Source of the DNA: Patescibacteria group bacterium
GTDB lineage: Bacteria; Patescibacteriota; Patescibacteriia; SG8-24; DYFX01
Assembly (NCBI GenBank): GCA_041659045.1
Contig: JBAZZB010000001.1
Span: forward strand, 518,234 to 582,233
Reading direction: 5' to 3'
Length of the DNA: 64,000 bases
Both the position numbers and the translations under genes were made by a program. Of the stretch, positions 9,370 to 18,619 are shown piece after piece. Within the stretch, counting starts at the first letter, position 1, and the number at the start of each line of letters is the position of its first letter. The notes under the pieces are model-generated. The model worked only from the letters and a program-made list of their open reading frames with translations, had not been told where the DNA came from and did not search any database.

Positions 9370-10809
9370 TCAGTTTTTCTTACGTTTCCAGGAAATCGTC
9401 TGGTACTGATCGGTCGTCAGTGGGAAGCTCGGCGGCGGGCCGTACAAAAGGTTTCCATCGTAAATAATGTTACGCGTCTGATACCCCGTACCGTCCGTGT
9501 AGGCGTAGCCGTAACGTTCGTACGTACCGAGCATGCCGTAGAGCGTAATCGTGCTTCGTACGTGGTACGGCGAGCAGCGATTCTGCATCCAGGTGGGCGG
9601 TCGGTAGTAGTAGCGGCCGATGCGGCCGTTCTGCGCGACGAGCGCCGCATCAATACGCAGATCATCCGCACTGTGCAGTCCGGCGTTGATATTATCCTGC
9701 GCAACGAGTGCAATGACATCCTGCCCGTCGTAGTTCGTGTACAACAAGTCCTCGTTCACCGTGATACTCATGCGCTGCGAAGGGTTATCCGGAAAGCGCG
9801 CTGCCGCGACCGTCACGCGGGCGGTATTGATCTGACCCTCGACCCACGTATTATCTTCAAGAAAGATAATGCCGTTATTCGGCAACGCATAGTTCGCCAA
9901 AAACGTTTGCGTGTTGATACTCCACGTGCCCCAGTCCGTCTGACCAACGACGGACGTGCAGCCGTTCGGAACAGGGACAAGCGAGTTCACGCGATAGAGA
10001 TCGAACGTATCATCGGTTTTTAAGACGACGCGATATCCAAGACTGCCGGAAGCGGCGAAATATCTGCCGTCCGCCTGCGCGTCGGTTTTCATTGTCGCCA
10101 AATTGCCGGTCAAACCCGCAAAATCAATGGCAGGTACGCCAACCGAACGACCTGCCTCAAAGACATCAAGACGCGATGGAATAGCCGTCGGAGGGAGCGG
10201 ATCGGTCGGCGTAAGATGCGTATGCACCGCGTGCTCGTCTCCTCCGGAATGATCCGCATCGTTGTAGACAACTGCGGCGCTCGTCACGGTATTGTGCGCC
10301 AAACCGTCAAAATGAATACCACCGTTCGAATGAATCGGACCGAACACTTCCGTACCTTCACCGAAACGCATCGCATCGTTAGCCACGACGCTGAACTTGG
10401 CCAAGGACGGCTTACCCATCTTTACTTCAACAATTTCCTTCACGCCCGTCGCGGCGTCAATGCGTCCCGTTGAGGTGATCGTAACGACCGTAGAGCCGGA
10501 CGGCGGAGGTACAATTTCCAGCGAAAAATTTCCAACAACGTCGCCGGAGGCGTTCTTAAACGAGTGGACGTACGGTCCGGAAACACCGGTCCCGTCTTGG
10601 TAGTCTTCCGGCGCGTGCGCGAGATGCCAACGGTAATACTCGATGCCCGCCTCCGCGACCTGCACCGCCAGCTGACGATGCTGCGACGCGCGACCGGCCT
10701 TCAACATAATGAAGGTCCACTGCACGATGCCCGTCAAAACCGCAACACCGATGCCGGTGAATACCAGCGTCTGAACCAGCGCTTGCCCAGTTGGAATGCG
10801 TCGTTTCAT
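9370..10809 (-). CDS. Pilus-associated protein with N-terminal TM helix (PilX/TadG-like minor pilin candidate)
   Basis: N-terminal hydrophobic helix after a short basic leader (MKRRIPTGQALVQTLVFTGIGVAVLTG). Large extracellular domain. 4-nt overlap with the upstream pseudopilin gene. No canonical G|FTLxE motif. Confidence 0.4.
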   Translation of the reverse strand: MKRRIPTGQALVQTLVFTGIGVAVLTGIVQWTFIMLKAGRASQHRQLAVQVAEAGIEYYRWHLAHAPEDYQDGTGVSGPYVHSFKNASGDVVGNFSLEIVPPPSGSTVVTITSTGRIDAATGVKEIVEVKMGKPSLAKFSVVANDAMRFGEGTEVFGPIHSNGGIHFDGLAHNTVTSAAVVYNDADHSGGDEHAVHTHLTPTDPLPPTAIPSRLDVFEAGRSVGVPAIDFAGLTGNLATMKTDAQADGRYFAASGSLGYRVVLKTDDTFDLYRVNSLVPVPNGCTSVVGQTDWGTWSINTQTFLANYALPNNGIIFLEDNTWVEGQINTARVTVAAARFPDNPSQRMSITVNEDLLYTNYDGQDVIALVAQDNINAGLHSADDLRIDAALVAQNGRIGRYYYRPPTWMQNRCSPYHVRSTITLYGMLGTYERYGYAYTDGTGYQTRNIIYDGNLLYGPPPSFPLTTDQYQTISWKRKKN

Positions 10810-11414
10810 TGGTTGTCTTTCAAATTGCGGAGTGAAATCTGGGTCGTCACTTCGACGGGACCTGGCGGACGACTCGCGTTTCGATCAACACCGATCACAA
10901 TCTTAATCATGCGCACCATGCTCGTGCTCACCGGAGACGGCAGCGGTGCTGTTGAAGAAGCGGTGCCCGTGTACGAGCTATCGTAGTACTGAAAGATACT
11001 CGTGGCACTCGTGACAACATTCTGTATCTGATCGATAACCGTTTCGTTCCCCGCAACGTAGGTAAACGGCGCCCCCGTCGGCTCAATGACACCCTTTTGG
11101 ATTTTGGTTCCGGAAAGGAAATATCGTACGCGCTCGACGACTCCGTCGTCGTCGATATCACTGTAAAACGTCAACGTGTTCGTTGCCGCCGTAAGGATCG
11201 GGAACGCCCCCGTTTCCGCCGGCGACGCCGATCGAAGTTCGTGCGACCAAATGCTCAAGACTTTTAGCAAATCCGCTTGAGCAGAAAGACCATCGTACGT
11301 TGTTGTGTTAAACGATAAGACGTTCTTCGCCAACGACCAGCCGCCAGTAATCACGATAACCGTGATACTGGTCGCAATGAGCGCTTCAAGCAGTGTAAAA
11401 GCTGGTCTTCGCAT
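10806..11414 (-). CDS. Prepilin-type N-terminal cleavage/methylation domain protein (pseudopilin-like)
   Basis: MRRPAFTLLEALIATSITVIVI: class III signal with FTLLE and Glu+5. ATG at 11412-11414. The upstream ORF-track extension is rejected because it overlaps the preceding gene. Confidence 0.65.
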   Translation of the reverse strand: MRRPAFTLLEALIATSITVIVITGGWSLAKNVLSFNTTTYDGLSAQADLLKVLSIWSHELRSASPAETGAFPILTAATNTLTFYSDIDDDGVVERVRYFLSGTKIQKGVIEPTGAPFTYVAGNETVIDQIQNVVTSATSIFQYYDSSYTGTASSTAPLPSPVSTSMVRMIKIVIGVDRNASRPPGPVEVTTQISLRNLKDNQ

Positions 11415-11415
11415 A

Positions 11416-13197
11416 TCAGTTTGGAAGCAGCAAAATTTCTTTTTGCTGCCAGTTGCTGTCCATGTCAACCGTCCCGACGTAATCCTGGTAACCGGCGCGC
11501 GATGCCATAACGTCATACGTGCCGGCTCCCAGGTTCGTGAACAAAACCTGACCGGGCGGCGTACAGGCCGATGTGTAGGTAAAACTTACGTCTGAGACAT
11601 TCGGCGTCGAGCTAGCATCTTCCGTAGAAAGAAACGCCTTGTACCGCATATAGCGGTTTCCGCTGTGGCTCGCGTGAATATTTGTGTTCGATGCCGCGTA
11701 ATACGTGGAAGACGTGCCGTCCGGACCGGTAAAAAGCCACGTGGCGTTGTCGTTATTGCTTGCGAGCTGAAATCTGAGGCTGTTTACGCCCGCTGCTGGA
11801 GGCTGATCGTTCGGCAACCATTGCATCTGGTAGAAGTTGCTGGTTGATCCCGTGTCAAAACTCGACGACTCAAGTTCGCCCGCGGCAACATAGCCGCTAC
11901 CCGGATCCTTCAAATGAAGGTCGCCGTTGGGATTCTGCGTCTCGAGGAAACCATCACTCGAAAAATACGCTGTCGGGTCGATAAAATCGGTTTGTCCGCT
12001 CGTACCCGACCAATCCGTCTGACGCATGAAGCCTCGGTTCGTGATGAGCGTCACGTCCGTGCCACCTTGCACCAACTGCACGGTCGTATCGGTTAACGGC
12101 AATTGCGTTGAAGCATCTTTTACGGTCACGAGCACACTGCGTGGCGCTTTCGCACTGACGATCAGCTGGAAATTTTGGTTGGTGTTCGGAGCAAGTGCGA
12201 GCGGCAGAAGCGGCACGGCACCGGCCAGATCGTAGCCAGCGTCAGTCAAAGACGCCTGATAGCTGTCCCACTCAAGCGTCGGCAGCGTCAACAATCCGGT
12301 TCCGTCCGTGGAAAAGGTGTTGGAGTACTTCAGTTGATCCGGCGTTGTGCCGTCGAGTTTTGAACCGACAAGCGAAAAATCAATGTTAGGAACCGGCGTG
12401 CAGGTATCAGTAACACTCGCAACATTCAGAGCGCTAACGCGATCAATCGCGAAACTCATCGCGGTCACCGATTGAAGCGCGACCGTTCCGTGCGGCTTGG
12501 CCGGATTCACGATCACGCTGTTTGGTGCATACGTTCGATCGGTTGAATAGCCGTCCTTCGTCACCGTCACGTAATACTGGTTGATACCCGGCGGCACGTC
12601 GACAAGCTGCAACAGGCCGGCCGCGTTGGTCACATCGTTGATCGTAAAAGACGGCGTCGCCGAGGCGTTTGTGACTGTGACGTTCGCGTCAGAAACCGGT
12701 TGCCCGTTAGCGTCAAGCGCTTGAATGAAGAGCGCGCCGTTCGTTGAAGATGTTTCAAGACTTTTCGGAGCAATCGTCGTCGTGAACGTCGTGGGAGAAT
12801 ACCCGATGCACCCATCGCAACTTACGACGAGTTCATACAGTTTGTAGTCGGCTGGTGACGTGTCGTTTGGCGAGCCTCCAAGCGTTCCATCAAAGATATC
12901 ATCAACATTACGAACCGTGCTCGTCAGTAAAAATACAATGCCGCTGCGAGTAACCGTCTGCTGATATGGGATTTTTCCAGGGGGAAGACCGCCGAGAATA
13001 CCGACGTTCACGTAGCTCATGTTTCTCGCGAATTCAAACTGTTCATTGGCCACGGCGGCGGCCATGACCTGAATGCGAGAAAGGCGTACCGCACGGTACG
13101 CGGCCGTCATCGCTTGATACAACGCCACCGTCACAAGCAAAAACACGGCCGTGCCGACGATCGTTTCAACAAGCGTAATGCCTCGGGGATGTCTCAT
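11416..13197 (-). CDS. Large prepilin-type N-terminal domain protein (593 aa pseudopilin-like)
   Basis: MRHPRGITLVETIVGTAVFLLV (G|ITLVE) followed by a long S/T/N-rich beta-rich domain. 4-nt overlap with the ATPase-like gene. Confidence 0.65.
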   Translation of the reverse strand: MRHPRGITLVETIVGTAVFLLVTVALYQAMTAAYRAVRLSRIQVMAAAVANEQFEFARNMSYVNVGILGGLPPGKIPYQQTVTRSGIVFLLTSTVRNVDDIFDGTLGGSPNDTSPADYKLYELVVSCDGCIGYSPTTFTTTIAPKSLETSSTNGALFIQALDANGQPVSDANVTVTNASATPSFTINDVTNAAGLLQLVDVPPGINQYYVTVTKDGYSTDRTYAPNSVIVNPAKPHGTVALQSVTAMSFAIDRVSALNVASVTDTCTPVPNIDFSLVGSKLDGTTPDQLKYSNTFSTDGTGLLTLPTLEWDSYQASLTDAGYDLAGAVPLLPLALAPNTNQNFQLIVSAKAPRSVLVTVKDASTQLPLTDTTVQLVQGGTDVTLITNRGFMRQTDWSGTSGQTDFIDPTAYFSSDGFLETQNPNGDLHLKDPGSGYVAAGELESSSFDTGSTSNFYQMQWLPNDQPPAAGVNSLRFQLASNNDNATWLFTGPDGTSSTYYAASNTNIHASHSGNRYMRYKAFLSTEDASSTPNVSDVSFTYTSACTPPGQVLFTNLGAGTYDVMASRAGYQDYVGTVDMDSNWQQKEILLLPN

Positions 13198-14321
13198 AGA
13201 CGCATGAGTTCTTCCGGCGCGATCGCACCGGAGAGGACCTTCCGCACCCCATCATCAAGCAGGGTTGACGGACGACGTTCGGGCACGAGCAAGTCTCTCC
13301 ATTCGAATACGGCGAGCTGTCCACGATGCCCCGTGTACCGGCAGCGGGCACATTTCGTGCCGCGCTCAAACGTTTGCGTTCTGTTCTTTTCAAACACGCG
13401 ACGCACGAGCGCGCGCGGCCAAATGACCGCCGCCTCTTCTCCTGTCATGGTATCGCGTCGACGGCAATCGGGACAGACGCGCCGCACCAAACGCTGAAGC
13501 AGCACCCCCGACAGGACGCGCGCTAGCATTTTCGGCTCAACACGCAGTTCAAGAAGCCTGTTCAAAGCGCCAGAAAGAGTTTTACCTTCAACGACAACGA
13601 TCACAAGCCGGTGTTCCGCTGCGGAAACCGCAAGAGCGGCGGACGTTTCCTCGCGCAACGAACCAAGACCAATAACGCTTGCGCCGCGCGCGATAGCCGC
13701 TCGCAGCAAAGACGAGGTTGTACGCCCAGCAACAGGGTCGACCATTTCCTGATCAACGCCATGCAGCTCGGCGAGCGACACCGTCTCAATCAGAGAGGTC
13801 TGCCTACGAAAAACATCGACTTCTTCTAAAAGCGCGTAGAGCGTCGTTGTGAGACCTGATCGTCGCGGTCCCGCGAGCAGCAGGAGTCCGGATGTTTTTT
13901 TCAAGCAACGCTCAAGCCCACCCCGTTGCACAGAGGAAAGTCCCAGATCCGCCAAACTCGGTCGTGGCGTACGGAAACGTACGACGACTTTTTCTCCTTC
14001 AAGTACCGGAACGACGGAGAGACGACTCTCCACCTCAACGCTGTCAACGACGCGTCGTAACGGATTTTCCTGGCAAGAAAAATCGGCGTCTTCGCGCAAA
14101 CGCGCGAGTATCTTCAGATGACGCACGAATCGCACGTGCGACTCCCTCGCTTGATGGAACCATTCGTGCAGCAAACCGTCGCGCCGAACACGCACGACCG
14201 CATCCTTCGCTGAAGGCTCTAAAATGAGTTCGGTGGCTCCGGAATCCGCAGCGTCACGCAAAAGCAGATCGACGGCATTGTCGATCTCAGTTTCTTTCAA
14301 AATGTGATGTGGTATCGGCAC
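13194..14321 (-). CDS. PilB/GspE-family ATPase homolog with degenerate catalytic motifs (predicted pseudo-ATPase)
   Basis: Walker A reads GPRRSGLTTTLYA (canonical GPTGSGKTTTLY); Lys to Leu, codon CTC at ~13852-13854. Asp-box and Walker B are degenerate (VIGLGSLRE instead of IMVGEIRD). Tetracysteine Zn motif CPDC...CARC is retained. N-terminal GspE N domains are absent. Confidence 0.7.
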   Translation of the reverse strand: MPIPHHILKETEIDNAVDLLLRDAADSGATELILEPSAKDAVVRVRRDGLLHEWFHQARESHVRFVRHLKILARLREDADFSCQENPLRRVVDSVEVESRLSVVPVLEGEKVVVRFRTPRPSLADLGLSSVQRGGLERCLKKTSGLLLLAGPRRSGLTTTLYALLEEVDVFRRQTSLIETVSLAELHGVDQEMVDPVAGRTTSSLLRAAIARGASVIGLGSLREETSAALAVSAAEHRLVIVVVEGKTLSGALNRLLELRVEPKMLARVLSGVLLQRLVRRVCPDCRRRDTMTGEEAAVIWPRALVRRVFEKNRTQTFERGTKCARCRYTGHRGQLAVFEWRDLLVPERRPSTLLDDGVRKVLSGAIAPEELMRL

Positions 14322-14353
14322 AGGTCCTCCTTCCCGCGCGCCCGGTTATGGGC

Positions 14354-14728
14354 TTACGGTGCTCCGATCCGTTCCGTAACTTTTTTAAGAACGTCGTCCA
14401 ACGAGTAGTTCGCCTTCACAAGGAAATCGAACGTACCGAGCGCCATTGCTTCAGCGACCTTGTCGCCGGAGCTGAGGTTGGTAAGAATGATAACCGGCAC
14501 GGGACGCAGGCGATCATCGTCTTTCATTTGCCGCAAAACGGAAATACCGTCGATCTTCGGCATAATCAGATCGAGCAAGACAAGGTCGGGCACGACGGTT
14601 TTCAAAATCGTCACCGCTTCCTCACCATCAGAAGCTGCTTGCACGTCGTATCCGCCATGCTCGAGCTTGCTCTTGAGCGCCCGCTGCATGCTCGGCTCGT
14701 CCTCGACAATCAATACAGTTTTAGCCAT
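14354..14728 (-). CDS. Single-domain response regulator (CheY-like receiver)
   Basis: LIVEDE, phospho-acceptor Asp in LLDLIMP, and conserved T (ILT) and K (LVK) motifs. ATG at 14726-14728. Confidence 0.85.
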   Translation of the reverse strand: MAKTVLIVEDEPSMQRALKSKLEHGGYDVQAASDGEEAVTILKTVVPDLVLLDLIMPKIDGISVLRQMKDDDRLRPVPVIILTNLSSGDKVAEAMALGTFDFLVKANYSLDDVLKKVTERIGAP

Positions 14729-14788
14729 GGGAAAACGCAAGACTTATGCCGACATCGTACCTGAAACTGAGCTTCGGAACAAGCAGTC

Positions 14789-15928
14789 TTAGGTGGAAGC
14801 GCGGCGCGGTAACGAGACTGTAAAGATCGATCCCCCGCCATCTGCCGGTCGATAATGTAGAGAACCATCATGAGCCGCGACAATGAACTTGGCGATAAAG
14901 AGCCCGAGCCCTGAAGCGTTCGGATTCATCTCGATTGCCCTCTTCGAGCGATAAAACCGTTCAAACAGGCGCTCTCGATCTGAAGTCGTCATGCCGATGC
15001 CGGAATCGCGGAACTCAATTTCAACAGAATCCTTCGTCGAGTGGATTTCGATGCCAACCCGTCCGCCGTCCGGTGTGTATTTCACGGCATTGTCAAGCAA
15101 TCGGATAAACACTTTTTCCATGCGCGTCGGGTCGATAAAGAGCGGCGTCAGATTTTTGGGCGGATCGAAAACTAACGTCTGCCTACGCAGAGAAACGCTG
15201 CGAGAAAAATCGCGTACAACCTTACCGACAATGGCTGATACGTCCACCGACACTTTTTCCAAACGGAACGCTTGCTGCTCGATATCAACCGCCAGAAGCA
15301 TGTCGTCAATAATCGATAAGCTGACGATGAGGCTCTTATAGGCGTCGCGCAACAACTCTGCCGCCTCCTTCGGGATCTCGCCGGCGTCACCGGAAAGCAG
15401 CACGTCCAGATTCCAACGCATGACATTCATCGGCGTGCGCAGTTGATGCGAAACGACGGTCATGAATTTTGATTTCAGTTCATCAGCGTTGCGCTGACCG
15501 CTGTAGCGAATTTTGAGCTGCATGATTTCGCGCTCGTTTGTGATATCGCGAATCACCCACAAGCGACCGAGATAGGCGCCATCCCTGTATACGGGATTAC
15601 TTTTCACCTCAAGGACCGTGCGATCAGGTGCTGTAATCTCGACATCACGCAAAAATTGCGCGTCTCTATCCTGAAAAGGATGCGTCACCGTTTCGTGATA
15701 CGACAAGATATCAGAAAACTTTACGGACCACTCCGGTTCAAAGTCCTTCAACGTACGCCCAACAAGCTTTGATGGGTCAAAACCGAACATCTCTCCGAAC
15801 GCCCGGCTCACGACCTGTAGCGTGCCGTTTTCAAGCACGAACAGACAGGCATTCGGCGTGGCATCCAAAAGCTCTGGCAGCAAATTCACGCCGCCGAGCA
15901 CCTGCGAAATGGTCGCTTTGGTTTTCAT
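14789..15928 (-). CDS. Cytoplasmic sensor histidine kinase (PAS-HisKA-HATPase_c)
   Basis: PAS-like N-terminal domain. H-box SHQLRTPMN. N, G1 (DSGIGM) and G2 (GLGLFIA) boxes. No TM segment. ATG at 15926-15928. Confidence 0.85.
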   Translation of the reverse strand: MKTKATISQVLGGVNLLPELLDATPNACLFVLENGTLQVVSRAFGEMFGFDPSKLVGRTLKDFEPEWSVKFSDILSYHETVTHPFQDRDAQFLRDVEITAPDRTVLEVKSNPVYRDGAYLGRLWVIRDITNEREIMQLKIRYSGQRNADELKSKFMTVVSHQLRTPMNVMRWNLDVLLSGDAGEIPKEAAELLRDAYKSLIVSLSIIDDMLLAVDIEQQAFRLEKVSVDVSAIVGKVVRDFSRSVSLRRQTLVFDPPKNLTPLFIDPTRMEKVFIRLLDNAVKYTPDGGRVGIEIHSTKDSVEIEFRDSGIGMTTSDRERLFERFYRSKRAIEMNPNASGLGLFIAKFIVAAHDGSLHYRPADGGGSIFTVSLPRRAST

Positions 15929-15936
15929 GTGAAGCG

Positions 15937-16923
15937 TTATTTGTAAAAACGTTTCGCGGTTTCCCAAAGATCCGGGTGCCCTTGCTTGGAAACCCAGTAC
16001 CACCATTCGACACCCCAAAGATACACCTCAGAAGCCCCAGAAGCCGCCGCGAACCTGGCGTTCGCATCAAGCTTCTCAGGATTCATCTGCGTGAATTGCT
16101 CTTCTAACGGCGTGTCGGCCACCGCTTTATGAAACCACGGTTCGGCCTGCAGCTCGCTCACAAACACGTCATGCAGGAAAGGTTTCAAAAGCCGAATACG
16201 ATCTTCGTAGAACGTCGGCGCAACCGGCCAGTACAACGACCCGACGGTAGAATTCCAGACGAGCCGATACATACTAATGCCGAGAACATCCACCAACGGA
16301 CCCACGCGAAGCCAGGTCGACAACTCACCGCTGTCCGTCGCCATGATCGGACGCGTATCAAGTTCGCGCACGAGCGAAATTTCCTTTTTCAACATCTCGC
16401 GATCCGGCGGCGGACAGGTACCGAATCGAAACAACGGCTCATTCTCGACTTGCCAACGCTTTATAACGGACGCGTTTTTGAAGTGCTCGATTTCGGATGC
16501 TAAAAACTCAAGCACGCGCTCGTTTTGCTTTTCAGGCGAAAGCACCATCGCCCACTCCGGCACGTGACATTCAGGCCAACGCGGCGTTTTGCGCCCCACC
16601 GCCAAAATAACGCTTGCATCGCGCTTGGCAGCTTCCTCCAGCATCCAATCAACCTCCGACCAGTCCCTCACACCCTGCACGCTTTCAACCGTATTCCAGT
16701 ACACCGGAATACGAAAATGCCGCACACCAAGGTCGTCGAGCGTCGCGATAAACGCTTCTTTCCAATCGAGCCCTAGCTCTTTGGCGTAGAGCGTGGAAAA
16801 CGTGACGCCGTAAGCGACCTTATGCTCTTGCGCGGAAGAGACGCGATACCACAAGAAAAGTATCGACGTCGCGATGACGCCGATTACGAGCATGGCGATA
16901 AAGCGTCCGCGCGAACGAAGCAT
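15937..16923 (-). CDS. Membrane-anchored clan GH-A glycoside hydrolase (GH5/GH113-like)
   Basis: N-terminal TM helix. Conserved WQVENEP (NEP acid/base motif) and a (beta/alpha)8-like pattern. Confidence 0.5.
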   Translation of the reverse strand: MLRSRGRFIAMLVIGVIATSILFLWYRVSSAQEHKVAYGVTFSTLYAKELGLDWKEAFIATLDDLGVRHFRIPVYWNTVESVQGVRDWSEVDWMLEEAAKRDASVILAVGRKTPRWPECHVPEWAMVLSPEKQNERVLEFLASEIEHFKNASVIKRWQVENEPLFRFGTCPPPDREMLKKEISLVRELDTRPIMATDSGELSTWLRVGPLVDVLGISMYRLVWNSTVGSLYWPVAPTFYEDRIRLLKPFLHDVFVSELQAEPWFHKAVADTPLEEQFTQMNPEKLDANARFAAASGASEVYLWGVEWWYWVSKQGHPDLWETAKRFYK

Positions 16924-16924
16924 G

Positions 16925-18262
16925 CTAGATGATCAACGGTAATTGCGCGAGCTCGACCTCCATGCCCGTGATGATCTTCTCGATGCGGTAGGCGCCATGC
17001 GTTGGCGCTTCAATGAAGCCGTTCCAGGCCATGCGCGCCAAGCCACCGGACTCAACCCAGTCAAAAAGCCATTCGTTGGTATATTTCGGATCACCCTGCG
17101 GCGTACCTCCACCGACCGTACGCAACCAGTGTTCGTTGTATACTTCCTGAGAGCCGATCGGGGGCGCAACAATAATCGGAAGACCGACTCCCGTGTAAAA
17201 CGAAAGTTCACTTGGTTTGGTCCACAGGATGTCGGAGTGTCGCAAAAGCTGATCGAATTTACGGAAGTACGAAGCGCGATCGGCGTAATATTGCACGCGT
17301 ACACCTTCGCCAAGATCGCTGCCAAGACCGATCTCCGTCAGCCTCTTTTTGAAATACAGCGCGACGTCTTTTTTCGTACCCGCAACAAGATTGAGGATGA
17401 TCTTGCCGCGGCGAATTTTTTCACGCAGACTCTCGGCGACTTGAAGACCGAGCTCGCGCTGAGCGCCAGCGCCACCGACGCTGAACGTAAGCGTGAGCGG
17501 GTGGGTCGGCACTAACCGGCAATTTCCCGCACCAATCGCTGCGCGCAACGTCTCTTCATATTTCGCCAAAAAAATGCCGTTCGGATCGAGATGACAGAGG
17601 CGCTCGCCTAAATCTTTTCTGATCGTTTCCGCTGAAGGACCGCCGATCAGATCTTTCGACAACGGGAAGCCCGTCAGGAAAATATGATCCGACGGAACGC
17701 CATACAACTTCAAGCGCTCGACAACGCGGCCGTTTGAAGCGAAATATTTGACGCGGCTCCGTTTCGGATCCTTCGCAACCCAAGCGCGATTCACGTCAGC
17801 ATCCGTCGTGACGAGATAGATGTCTTCTGGATAATCAAAATAATCGGCGGCAAACGCTGGGAGCGGGAAGGTGCAGACGAGCGGGAGACTGCGTTTTTTA
17901 CGCAGCGTTGCGATGAGGTCTGAGCCGAGCCCCTTCTTTTCAATCAAGTAATACTGCTGCAACACCTGCAAGCTCGGCTTCGACAAATCGCGCCTCGGAT
18001 AGAAAGGCTCGATCTCTTGCATGTTGTCGAAAAGGCTCCAGGCGATCTCACCCAGGATCGGCACGGATTTGAAACGAGAGAACGCTTCGTACAGCAAACG
18101 TGTCGCGCGCCACAATTTCTTATCGCGTTCGGGAATGCCGGGGTAATTATTCGACACGATTGGATCTCCGTACGCCAAATCAGTGAGCGCGTGCGAAGCG
18201 CGTTCATGGCCGTAGCCCATGTCAGCCGTCACGACCCAAGCTTTTCGAAAATGACGTTCCAT
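16925..18262 (-). CDS. Putative GT-B fold glycosyltransferase (MGDG-synthase/UgtP/MurG-like N-terminal motif)
   Basis: N-terminal VVTADMGYGHERASHAL resembles the GxGH motif of GT28-type enzymes. Start set at ATG 18260-18262 to avoid overlapping the Smr gene. Confidence 0.4.
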   Translation of the reverse strand: MERHFRKAWVVTADMGYGHERASHALTDLAYGDPIVSNNYPGIPERDKKLWRATRLLYEAFSRFKSVPILGEIAWSLFDNMQEIEPFYPRRDLSKPSLQVLQQYYLIEKKGLGSDLIATLRKKRSLPLVCTFPLPAFAADYFDYPEDIYLVTTDADVNRAWVAKDPKRSRVKYFASNGRVVERLKLYGVPSDHIFLTGFPLSKDLIGGPSAETIRKDLGERLCHLDPNGIFLAKYEETLRAAIGAGNCRLVPTHPLTLTFSVGGAGAQRELGLQVAESLREKIRRGKIILNLVAGTKKDVALYFKKRLTEIGLGSDLGEGVRVQYYADRASYFRKFDQLLRHSDILWTKPSELSFYTGVGLPIIVAPPIGSQEVYNEHWLRTVGGGTPQGDPKYTNEWLFDWVESGGLARMAWNGFIEAPTHGAYRIEKIITGMEVELAQLPLII

Positions 18263-18266
18263 AGAG

Positions 18267-18563
18267 TCAACGTTCGACGAGTAGTATGACCGTCGCTCCC
18301 CCACCGGAAGATTCCCGATAGCGGTCTACGAGCGGATGACTGATTAGCACGCGATGTAGCGCCTCGCGCAGACGTCCTTCTCCCTTGCCGTGAATGACGC
18401 GCACGACACGCTCGCCTCGCACGAACGAAGCGTTGAGCAGCCGTTCGGCGGCTTCAAGCGCTTGATCTGGATACAGGCCGTGGAGGTCAGTTTCAGGCAC
18501 GTCTCCCCCGGCTTCCGCCAGGAACAAAAGCGCTTCGGGGTCCTCAGAACTCTTCATGTCCAC
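18267..18563 (-). CDS. Smr (small MutS-related) domain protein
   Basis: DLHGL...IHGKGEG.L Smr motifs, 98 aa. Confidence 0.7.
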   Translation of the reverse strand: MDMKSSEDPEALLFLAEAGGDVPETDLHGLYPDQALEAAERLLNASFVRGERVVRVIHGKGEGRLREALHRVLISHPLVDRYRESSGGGATVILLVER

Positions 18564-18619
18564 AGTATAACAAAAAAACGCGCCGTCGTGTGACGAGGGC
18601 GCGACCGGAGACGAGATTG

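Noticed and set aside
9370-14321. Complete type IV pilus or type II secretion machinery
   Set aside because: PilC/GspF platform, PilD prepilin peptidase, secretin and PilM/N/O homologs are absent from the window. Only a pilin-like operon with a degenerate ATPase can be claimed.
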